Positions 9,791 through 17,371 of a DNA stretch of 64,000 nt are shown here, in pieces. Made by a program: the position numbers and the translations under genes. The stretch spans positions 224,001-288,000 of the forward strand of contig CBDBLV010000004.1 of NCBI GenBank assembly GCA_965207225.1, given 5' to 3'. Below the pieces are notes generated by a model. It saw nothing but the letters and a program-made list of their open reading frames with translations. It had not been told where the DNA came from and searched no databases. How positions within the stretch are numbered: position 1 is the first letter of the stretch; each line of letters starts with the position of its first letter. The DNA is from Dehalococcoidia bacterium. GTDB lineage: Bacteria > Chloroflexota > Dehalococcoidia > Plut-88900.

Positions 9791-10258
9791 TCAGTTGGAA
9801 TCCTGTTCCGTTACGGGGATATATTGACGGGACTCCCGGGTGATGATGCTGGTGGCGTGAAACAGGTTGTCGGGCTCCAGGCTGCCTTCGAGGACTACCT
9901 CCACGGAAGGGACGTCGAACTGGCCGGGGGGTACACCTGCAAAGAGCACTTCCAAGGGTTCGCCTGACTTGGTCTCGGTGTCAAGGATTTGGAAGGTAAC
10001 GTCCTCCTGGTCGCCGTACACTATTGATCCCGGGACGATAATTCCGCTCACGGTGATTTCCTGCCCGTAAATCTCTGCGCCCCTGTCATGCACCTCGCTG
10101 ACGTCCAGGAAAGCTTTTCCGACGTTGAAGGCTATCAGCGAGATGATGGTAGCCAGGGCAATGAGCAGGACTATTCCACCCAGGATGGTCTTCTTGCGGG
10201 GGGAGAGCCAAGGGGTGTAGGCCTCGATGGCGGGATCGGGTCGGGAATCGGTGACCAT
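9791..10258 (-). CDS. ccmE: Heme chaperone CcmE (atypical ExxxY motif)
   Basis: N-terminal TM, ITVSGIIVPGSI, GVPPGQF...VVLEG, FHATSIITRESRQY; last gene of the ccmABCD operon. Confidence 0.85.
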   Translation of the reverse strand: MVTDSRPDPAIEAYTPWLSPRKKTILGGIVLLIALATIISLIAFNVGKAFLDVSEVHDRGAEIYGQEITVSGIIVPGSIVYGDQEDVTFQILDTETKSGEPLEVLFAGVPPGQFDVPSVEVVLEGSLEPDNLFHATSIITRESRQYIPVTEQDSN

Positions 10259-10261
10259 TGG

Positions 10262-10414
10262 CTAATCTTCCGTCTCGGGACTGCGGCTTCGGTGGATCTC
10301 CTCTACCTCCTGCCCTACGCGCGCCACCCGACGATAGATCCAGTAGGCGAGACCCATGAATACGGCCCACCCAATGGCGAACCCGGCAAAGAGATATCCG
10401 AAATTGTCTTCCAT
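10262..10414 (-). CDS. ccmD: Heme exporter protein CcmD (50 aa, not in ORF track)
   Basis: Hand translation MEDNFGYLFAGFAIGWAVFMGLAYWIYRRVARVGQEVEEIHRSRSPETED: one TM plus charged tail, between ccmC and ccmE, preceded by an AAGGA SD. Confidence 0.85.
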   Translation of the reverse strand: MEDNFGYLFAGFAIGWAVFMGLAYWIYRRVARVGQEVEEIHRSRSPETED

Positions 10415-10423
10415 AGCGTCCTT

Positions 10424-11128
10424 CTAGTCTGGAACAATTCTAGCTACGGTTTCCTCGCTACTCCTAAGCATAACCCTAACTTTCAGTAATACGAAGAAAA
10501 GCAGTGTGAAGGTGAACAGGCTGAACATCAGGGTGGTGTACATCTCGGAACTGAGGAACGATTCCTCCCCACCCCCGATTATCGGCTCCACGTGGACCGT
10601 GTCCCAGAGATATACGGACAGGTAGTTGATGGGGACAACCACAAACCCCAGGATTCCCACCGCGGCCCGTAGCCGGGACGACTTCTCCGCGGACTCCGAG
10701 TACGCGCCGACCATGAGGTAGCCGACGTAGATGAGCCAGAGCAGGGCGGTGGTGGTGAGTCGGGCGTCCCAGGTCCACCAGACCCCGAAAATCGGCTTGG
10801 CCCAGATTATGCCCGAGACAATGGTCACAGACGTGAACACGACGCCCAGCTCGGCGCTGGAGTAGGCCCACCTGTCCCATCTGCCGCTTCGCTTTCTCAG
10901 GTGCAGGACGCTGAAAATGAAGACCAGGAAGAAGGCGAGGTAGGCGATCCAGGCCACGGGGAGATGCAGGTAGAAGATACGCTGGACGTTCCCCTGGTTG
11001 ACCTCCTCGGGCACCCAGAGGAATATCAGGTAGAAATTGACGACCATGAGGACGGTAGTGATGGCGAAGAGGCCATCCATCCAACCAAATCTACGTCCGC
11101 CCGATCGTGCGCCTAGCGTACTTGCCAT
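10424..11128 (-). CDS. ccmC: Heme exporter/chaperone CcmC
   Basis: RIFYLHLP, KPIFGVWWTWDARLT (WWD motif), WDTVH. Confidence 0.95.
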   Translation of the reverse strand: MASTLGARSGGRRFGWMDGLFAITTVLMVVNFYLIFLWVPEEVNQGNVQRIFYLHLPVAWIAYLAFFLVFIFSVLHLRKRSGRWDRWAYSSAELGVVFTSVTIVSGIIWAKPIFGVWWTWDARLTTTALLWLIYVGYLMVGAYSESAEKSSRLRAAVGILGFVVVPINYLSVYLWDTVHVEPIIGGGEESFLSSEMYTTLMFSLFTFTLLFFVLLKVRVMLRSSEETVARIVPD

Positions 11129-11137
11129 ACCAGTTGT

Positions 11138-11809
11138 CTATTCCTCCAGAACGTGCTCGAAGGTCAGGAACCCTACTACCAGAAAGACTATATCGAAGAT
11201 GATGAGGACGTAAATCCACGGCTGGACCGCCGACCAGCCGGCGCCGTCAAAGGCGTCGCCCGTGGATTCCACCGCCCCTATGACCGCGGGCACTACCAGG
11301 GGAATCATGAGCACGGGGAGCATCACCTCGCGGAGTCGGGTGTTCATGGAGAGCGCCGACAGGAAGGTGCCCACGATGGCGATGCCAAGGGTGGCGACCG
11401 GGACTATGAGGATGAGTTGAATGGGGATTGCGGAGAGGTTGAAAACCACGGCGAAAATGGGGATGGCTATGGTCTCGACTATCATGACGAATACGAAGCT
11501 GCTGATGGTCTTGGCGATGAAAATGACGTCCCGTCCGTAAGGGCAGAGCATCAGGCCGTCCAGGCAGCCGTTCTCCTGCTCGGAGTTGACTACACGCTGA
11601 AAGCTGAGCATCCCGGCAAAGAGGAACGTAAACCAGAGGACGCCGGGGGTCATAATCTCGTTGGGAATGGACCCGGGCCTGAAGGCGAAGTTGAAGGTGA
11701 AGACCATGAGCAGGACGAAGAAGGTGACCGCTAGTACGACCTCCTTGCCCCGCACTTCGACGAGGAGGTCCTTCTTCACGATGGCCGCTATGGCCCTCCA
11801 GTAGTTCAT
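11138..11809 (-). CDS. ccmB: Heme exporter membrane subunit CcmB
   Basis: KKDLLVEVR, PGVLW, EQENGCLDGLML, REVMLPVLMIPL. Confidence 0.93.
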   Translation of the reverse strand: MNYWRAIAAIVKKDLLVEVRGKEVVLAVTFFVLLMVFTFNFAFRPGSIPNEIMTPGVLWFTFLFAGMLSFQRVVNSEQENGCLDGLMLCPYGRDVIFIAKTISSFVFVMIVETIAIPIFAVVFNLSAIPIQLILIVPVATLGIAIVGTFLSALSMNTRLREVMLPVLMIPLVVPAVIGAVESTGDAFDGAGWSAVQPWIYVLIIFDIVFLVVGFLTFEHVLEE

Positions 11810-11819
11810 GCTCTAATTC

Positions 11820-12539
11820 TCAGCCGACAGCCAGGGCCTCGTACCGGTAGTCCAAGGCCTCTCGATCAAGATTCTCCAATCCCGAGTCCATTGTTACCCG
11901 GCCCCGCTTCAAGAATATGGCCCGGTCGGCGATGGCAAGACCGTTGTCGAGGTTATGGGTGGACATGACGATGGTCCGGGCCTGACTCTTGCAGAAATCG
12001 AAGAGGAGGTCGAGCGCGTTCCTGTCAAGGCCCGAGTCGGGTTCGTCCAGGAGAAGTATGCCGGGGTCGTGGAGGACGGCCCTGAGCAGGGCGACCCGCT
12101 TTCTTTGTCCGTGGGAGAGGGAGTCGACCCTTTTTTCAAGCAGGTCGGTCAGTTCCAGCTGCTCAGCAAGGGTATGTATCCTATCGTCGTGAGAGGGTAC
12201 ACGGAACATCCTGGCGTAGAAACGGAGGTTTTCGGCGGCGGTAAGGCGGCCGTAGAGGAGGGGCTCGTGGAGGACGACGCCCATAGCAGACCGGATGGAG
12301 GCGTCATGCTTCAGGGCATCGAGGCCGTGGACGAATAGCTCGCCGGAGGTGGGTTTGATCAGGGTTGCCAGCAGCTTTATGAGGGTGGTCTTGCCGGACC
12401 CATTAGGCCCAACCAGGAGAACCTTTTCTCCCGGATAAATGGTGAGGTCCAGTCCCGCAATGGCTTTGACGCGTCCATAGTTGCGGGTGAGGCGTCGGGC
12501 CTGGATGGCGGGAGGATATTCGTTACCGTTGGAGGGCAT
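11820..12539 (-). CDS. ccmA: Heme exporter ATP-binding subunit CcmA
   Basis: GPNGSGKTT Walker A, LSHGQ signature, LLLDEP Walker B. ATG 12539 chosen because it lies downstream of the predicted promoter. Confidence 0.9.
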   Translation of the reverse strand: MPSNGNEYPPAIQARRLTRNYGRVKAIAGLDLTIYPGEKVLLVGPNGSGKTTLIKLLATLIKPTSGELFVHGLDALKHDASIRSAMGVVLHEPLLYGRLTAAENLRFYARMFRVPSHDDRIHTLAEQLELTDLLEKRVDSLSHGQRKRVALLRAVLHDPGILLLDEPDSGLDRNALDLLFDFCKSQARTIVMSTHNLDNGLAIADRAIFLKRGRVTMDSGLENLDREALDYRYEALAVG

Positions 12540-12541
12540 GG

Positions 12542-12596
12542 TTGTGATGCGCGTCACTAACGTAACAATGATAGATGTTCCACAATCGGGATTCAA
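12542..12596 (-). promoter_or_regulatory. Sigma70-type promoter of ccmABCDE with downstream Rex/CRP-like operator
   Basis: Minus strand TTGAAT(12591-12596)-17 bp-TATCAT(12568-12573); imperfect palindrome TTGTGA-TGCGCG-TCACTA at 12542-12559. Confidence 0.6.
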
Positions 12597-12661
12597 GGAA
12601 AGGGACCCGTTAGCAGATTGGTGATCTGCCGGGTTTTTCTTCAGCTGCGGGGGTTGGAGTT

Positions 12662-12816
12662 TTGATTGAACGTTGATTGAACGTTGATTGAACTCGTAGC
12701 TGTTTTGATTGAACGACGCCTAGAGGGATTTCTGGGGATTTTGCGTGGGGCGGGGTGCAAGGGGGAGGGGCGGGTCTTTGATTGTTTTGCGGTTTCAGGC
12801 ACGGCTTTGATTGTTT
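12662..12816. repeat. 11-bp tandem direct repeats (TTGATTGAACG) plus related TTTGATTGTTT copies
   Basis: Copies at 12662, 12673, 12684 and 12705; CTTTGATTGTTT at 12776 and 12805. Confidence 0.9.
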
Positions 12817-12870
12817 AAGGAAAAATCTTCTTTTGCCTATTCCCCCTTGCTCCGCATTCCGCACCGGGGA

Positions 12871-12894
12871 GGGCGATCCGCCAGTCGCCCCTAC
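12871..12894 (-). repeat. GTAG-type REP-like palindrome
   Basis: Minus strand GTAG-GGGCGA-CTGGCGGA-TCGCCC. Confidence 0.6.
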
Positions 12895-12921
12895 GGGAAG
12901 GGGAGGCCCTCCGCCCCACAG

Positions 12922-13042
12922 GGGAACCCTCTCCCCCTTGATCCCCCTCTCCCTCAGGGCCATTGAGGGAGAGGGGGAGAGAAGAACAGAGGCAAGGGCC
13001 TGCGCCCTGGCGCAGGCCCTTGCCTCTAGTTCAATACTGGGG
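12922..13042. repeat. Two-hairpin palindromic element, copy A
   Basis: GGGAACCCTCTCCCCCTT...CCCCCTCTCCCT...AGGGAGAGGGG...AAGAAC-AGAGGCA-[11-bp stem]-TGCCTCT-AGTTCAATACTGGGG. Confidence 0.9.
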
Positions 13043-13631
13043 AAGAGGGAGGAGTTGTTCGGTTGTGGGGTTTGGGTTTGCATTTTTCTGTTTTGGAGGG
13101 GACAGGCGATGGAGGTCCGGGACTCGGATGCAGGATCTCGATGGCACCTACGCTGACGCTTGGGGCATCGGCGGCTGTCCTGCCTTTCCCTTCACGCATG
13201 CCTTGGGAGACTTGCCGCTGTCGAGGGCGTCTCTGCGTGGGGACATCCGCTCTCCGCATCAACGCTCGACCGCTGAGCGGGACGGCATATCGGCTCGAAG
13301 CCGCCGTGGGCGGAAGGAGCCGCATAAGGGCGCTAAGGCCCTGCATAACGAGTCAGAAGACTCGCGGAATTCCTCGACGAGGGTAAGGTCGGCGAGGCGT
13401 ATACGCCCGGGTGAGGGACGTCGTATCGGCAAGGGCGTCGACAGAGAGGCCTGATGCCGCATAGAGTCGATGGACCATCCATCGCCTGGAAGCCAGGGAA
13501 GGGGCACGGGACCCGTGGTGAGGAGATAATACCTTCAGCTTGAGCCTCGGGCCTGCGCGAGGGCCGTTGGGATGGGCTAGGGCGTTGAGTCCTCCGGGTC
13601 GGGTCTCGGGGGCTTCCCCGGGTTTTTGGTT

Positions 13632-13710
13632 CCTCCTTTTGTTACTGAATTTCTGTTCGAACGCAGGATATGATAGTACCGTCGGACAGGTGTGTCAAGA
13701 GCAAATGTGC
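13632..13710 (-). promoter_or_regulatory. Near-consensus sigma70 promoter with LexA-box-like sites and an orphan Shine-Dalgarno sequence
   Basis: TTGACA(13693-13698)-17 bp-TATCAT(13670-13675); GAAC-AGAA-ATTC at 13647-13658 and GCAC-ATTT-GCTC at 13699-13710; AAGGAGG at 13632-13638 with no start codon following. Confidence 0.65.
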
Positions 13711-13742
13711 GGCTTTTGGGAGAATGTCCCCCGGCCCCCCAA

Positions 13743-13887
13743 GGGAACCCTCTCCCCCTTTATCCCCCTCTCCCCCGTATCGGGGTACGGGGGAGGCTCT
13801 TAGGGCCAAAAAGGGAGAGGGGAAGAGAAGAACAGAGGCAGACGTGGGTGCGCTGCACCCACGTCTGCCTCTAGTTCAGTACTGGGG
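13743..13887. repeat. Two-hairpin palindromic element, copy B (with nested CCCCGTA...TACGGGG mini-hairpin)
   Basis: Direct repeat of 12922-13042 with a different but perfectly paired 11-bp inner stem and a ~27-bp insertion in the first loop. Confidence 0.9.
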
Positions 13888-13952
13888 GGAAGAAAGGACC
13901 CCACCAACCCCTCGGAAGCAATATGAGTCCCACCCACCCGCCCTGTTTTATT

Positions 13953-13993
13953 GAAATATCAGGAATTTGGCTGAGACAAATTCCTGATATTTC
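13953..13993. repeat. Perfect 17-bp AT-rich inverted repeat
   Basis: GAAATATCAGGAATTTG-gctgaga-CAAATTCCTGATATTTC. Confidence 0.95.
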
Positions 13994-14042
13994 GTTGCCA
14001 AGGGGGGAAGGGGAGTCGGAGAGTGCGGTGATTCGTTAAGTC

Positions 14043-14071
14043 CTGGATTCCTCGCGGGGCATCGGAATGAC
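14043..14071 (-). repeat. GTCATTCC...GGAATCCAG-type REP-like palindrome
   Basis: Minus strand GTCATTCCGATGCCCCGCGAGGAATCCAG. Confidence 0.5.
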
Positions 14072-14180
14072 GGGTGAGAAGGGGGTGGGGTGGGGGTGGG
14101 GGTGGTCCGCCCGTATGAGAGGGGGAGAGGGAGAGTTATGTTGACCACCCCCGAGCGCTGTGCTACAAAGGGGGCCGCCA

Positions 14181-15623
14181 ATGGACACTTCATCCCGTCC
14201 CCGCCCCGACATCGATGCGATCCTCAATCCCCGTTCCATTGCGGTAGTCGGGGCATCCACCCACCCCGCCAAGCAGGGACACGTCTACGTCAACTCACTA
14301 CGTGAGTTCGGGTTCAAGGGCCCGGTGTATCCCGTAAACCCCAGGGCTGAAGAGATTGCCGGTTACACAAGCTACCAGTCTCTAAAGGACGTGCCGGGAC
14401 CCGTGGACTACGTGATCTCCGCCGTTCCCGCTCACCTGCTTCCCGGCGTGATGGAAGACGCCCGGGACAAGCAAGTCAAGGGGTTCCATTTATTCACGGC
14501 CCGCATGGCGGAGATGGGAACCGAGACTGGGCTGGCGCTGGAATCCGGGATCATCAGGTCGGCCAGGGAGCTTGGGGCGCGGATTATCGGGCCCAACTGC
14601 ATGGGGTTGTACAACCCGGGGCACGGCATCTCCTTCCGGGCCAACTTCCCCAAGGAAGCCGGGGGTGTCGGGTTCCTGAGTCAGAGCGGGGGCAATACGG
14701 TGGAGTTCGTGTACCGGGCGTCGTTGCGGGGCGTCTTGTTCAGCAAGGCGGTGAGCTACGGCAACGCCGCCGACCTGAACGAGTGCGATTTCCTGGAATA
14801 CTTCACGCACGATCCCGAGACCTCGATCATCGCCTGCTATATCGAGGGCATCAGGGGCGGGCCCCGGTTCTTTGACGTCCTCTCTCAAGCCGCAGCAGTC
14901 AAGCCCCTAGTCCTTCTGAAGGGGGGTCGGGGGGAGGCGGGGACCCGGGCGGTTGCCTCTCATACCGCCTCGCTGGCGGGGTCGACGGAGATATGGAAGA
15001 CCGCCGTGACGCAGGCAGGGGGGATTTGGGCGGAGACGATGGAGGAGATGACCGACATAGCGGTGGCGCTGCGGTTCATGACCAAGCCCCGTGGGCCGAG
15101 GGTCGGGATTATATGCGGAGGAGGGGGCAACACCGTCCACAGCGCCGATCTCTGCGAGGCGGCGGGGCTGAGGGTCGAGCCTTTGCCCGACAACGTGCGG
15201 TCGGGGTTCAAGGAGCATCTACCGGACACATGGTTCCACACCAACAACCCGTTCGATCTGTCGGGCATAATGTCGGGAGACGAGAAGGGCACGACAATGC
15301 CCCTGGCGGTAAGTCTAATGGCGGAAAGCGGGGCCTATGATCTGCTGCTGGTTGACCCCGACGTCGACTTTCAGCTGGACCATCCGCTGGCAAAGGGTCG
15401 AATGTTTCGCATTGTCCGGGCGATCACGGGCCTGAAGGGCAAGGTCCCCATACCAATTGCCATGATCATCCGCCCCGCCGACGCCCTGGAAGAATGGCGA
15501 TGGCGCGCCGTCAACGAGCTGATAGAGGATGTCTGGGGGGCAGGGGTGCCGGTATTTTCATCGATGCCCCGGGCGGCAACCTGCATAGCGAAGGTGCTCA
15601 ACAGCGGTATTCCCGTCAATTAG
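14181..15623 (+). CDS. CoA-binding protein, ADP-forming acyl-CoA synthetase alpha-subunit-like
   Basis: NPRSIAVVGAS, IIGPNCMG, SQSGG, SHTASLAG phospho-His; no ATP-grasp domain. Confidence 0.88.
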   Translation: MDTSSRPRPDIDAILNPRSIAVVGASTHPAKQGHVYVNSLREFGFKGPVYPVNPRAEEIAGYTSYQSLKDVPGPVDYVISAVPAHLLPGVMEDARDKQVKGFHLFTARMAEMGTETGLALESGIIRSARELGARIIGPNCMGLYNPGHGISFRANFPKEAGGVGFLSQSGGNTVEFVYRASLRGVLFSKAVSYGNAADLNECDFLEYFTHDPETSIIACYIEGIRGGPRFFDVLSQAAAVKPLVLLKGGRGEAGTRAVASHTASLAGSTEIWKTAVTQAGGIWAETMEEMTDIAVALRFMTKPRGPRVGIICGGGGNTVHSADLCEAAGLRVEPLPDNVRSGFKEHLPDTWFHTNNPFDLSGIMSGDEKGTTMPLAVSLMAESGAYDLLLVDPDVDFQLDHPLAKGRMFRIVRAITGLKGKVPIPIAMIIRPADALEEWRWRAVNELIEDVWGAGVPVFSSMPRAATCIAKVLNSGIPVN

Positions 15624-15641
15624 CGGGGCGCGGTTATGCGG

Positions 15642-17363
15642 CTAACGGCGACCGAACTCTCTTTCCAGCAAGCTGGAACTGAGGTGGACGAGGGTCGGGC
15701 GGCCGTGGGGACAGGTGTGGGGACTCTCGGCCTGCTCCAGCAGGCGCACAACCTCCTCCATCAGTTCCTGCTGCAGCACGTCTCCGGCGCGGATGGCGCT
15801 GTGGCAGGCTATGGATGCGGCCGACCTCTCGTCGCTCTCATAGGGAATTGAGGGGTCGATGAGGGAGTCCAGGATGTCCAGGAAGGCGCGGTCGGGCGCC
15901 CTGGCCGAAAGCATGGCCGGCACGGCCCTCAGCACGTAGGCGTTATCTCCGAAGGGCTGGTAGTCAAAGCCGTGCTCGCGGAGGGAGTCGCCGACCTGGG
16001 TGAGGCCCTCCTTTTGCACGGGGGTCAGGTCAACGGTGACGGGGGCGAGCATCCCCTGTACTTGCACCTGCTTTTCGGATTTCTCCTTGAGCACTCTTTC
16101 GAAGAGGACCCGTTCGTGGGCGGCGTGCTGGTCGACGAGGTACATTCCGTCCGGGCCCTCTGCCACGATGTATGTGTTGCTGACCTGGCCGACCACCCTG
16201 AGCAGCGGCAAGGTGGTCTTTGTAAACATGGAAGGAGTCGCAGGCGTTTCAGCCTCCGGGGTACGGGGTCCCGAGGCCCAGCCCAGCAGGTCCGAACCCA
16301 GGGGCCTCCCTCGCGATGAAGTGTCTGCAGCGGGGCTCCAGGCGCCGGTGGTCAAAGCGGGGGAATGGACGGGGCTCGACTCAACCAGGGCCTGCCTTAC
16401 GGAGCGCTGCAGCAGAGCGAACATTTCGCGATCTCTCTTGAACCGGACCTCGGTCTTGGAGGGGCTGACGTTGACGTCCACTTCCTCGGGGGGCGTTTCA
16501 ATGAGGAGGACGGCCACGGGCCTGCGCCCGACCTCCAGCATGTTCTGATAGGCCTCTTCCACCGCGTAGGCCAGGCGCCGGTCCTGGATCCATCTACCGT
16601 TCAACACTAGGGTGACGTACCCCGACTGTGCGCGGCTGAGGGTCGGCGGGCCCACTAGGCCGTGGACCTTCGCCAAGCCATCTTCCGCAGCAGAGATTTT
16701 CAGCATGGAGGAGGCGGCTTCCGAGCCATAAACGCTGGCAACGGCCTCCCTCAAGTCGCCGGAGCCGTTGGTAGTCAGTGTTTTTCGCCCATCGATGGTC
16801 AGGTTGAACCTGACCGAGGGTCGGGCCATGGCGTAGCGGGTCACGAGGTTGCCGATGCGCCCGTTCTCGGTGGCGGTGGACTTCACGAATTTGAGTCGGG
16901 CGGGGACGTTCTGGAAGAGGTTGGCGACCTGTACAGTCGTGCCCCGGGGCCTGCCCACGGCCTCTTTCTTGAGAAGGGCGCCGCCCCGATAGTGGGCTCG
17001 GGCGCCGGTCTGCTCACCCTCGGCTCTAGTGACGAGCTCCAGGTCGGAGACGGAGGCGATGCTGGGGAGCGCTTCTCCTCGAAAGCCGAGGGTGGATATC
17101 TTTTCCAGGTCGGCGCTGGAGGTGAGCTTGCTGGTGGCATGCCGCTCAAAGGCAGTTTCGACCTCGGCGGCAGGAATGCCGATACCGTCGTCCACGATGC
17201 GGATGAGCTTGAGGCCTCCGCCCGACACCTCGACCACTATCTGGGTCGCCCCCGCATCCAGGCTGTTCTCGACCAGTTCCTTGACGACGGATGCGGGTCT
17301 CTCGACCACCTCACCTGCGGCGATCTGTGCGGCGGTCTCGGGAGTGAGCACCCTGATAGGCAT
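15642..17363 (-). CDS. mutL: DNA mismatch repair endonuclease MutL
   Basis: IAAGEVVERPASVVKELVENSLDAGA, GFRGEAL, DQHAAHER, ACH, CPHGRP. Confidence 0.98.
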   Translation of the reverse strand: MPIRVLTPETAAQIAAGEVVERPASVVKELVENSLDAGATQIVVEVSGGGLKLIRIVDDGIGIPAAEVETAFERHATSKLTSSADLEKISTLGFRGEALPSIASVSDLELVTRAEGEQTGARAHYRGGALLKKEAVGRPRGTTVQVANLFQNVPARLKFVKSTATENGRIGNLVTRYAMARPSVRFNLTIDGRKTLTTNGSGDLREAVASVYGSEAASSMLKISAAEDGLAKVHGLVGPPTLSRAQSGYVTLVLNGRWIQDRRLAYAVEEAYQNMLEVGRRPVAVLLIETPPEEVDVNVSPSKTEVRFKRDREMFALLQRSVRQALVESSPVHSPALTTGAWSPAADTSSRGRPLGSDLLGWASGPRTPEAETPATPSMFTKTTLPLLRVVGQVSNTYIVAEGPDGMYLVDQHAAHERVLFERVLKEKSEKQVQVQGMLAPVTVDLTPVQKEGLTQVGDSLREHGFDYQPFGDNAYVLRAVPAMLSARAPDRAFLDILDSLIDPSIPYESDERSAASIACHSAIRAGDVLQQELMEEVVRLLEQAESPHTCPHGRPTLVHLSSSLLEREFGRR

Positions 17364-17371
17364 TGCAGGTC

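Noticed and set aside
12610-13083. 157-aa ORF and other ORFs in the 12.6-14.1 kb region as real proteins
   Set aside because: They read through palindromic and tandem repeats, have low-complexity Pro/Gly/Arg composition, and lack an SD or recognisable domain.
12662-13887. CRISPR array
   Set aside because: The repeats are 11-bp tandem units without spacers, or only two long copies 821 bp apart; no cas genes are present.
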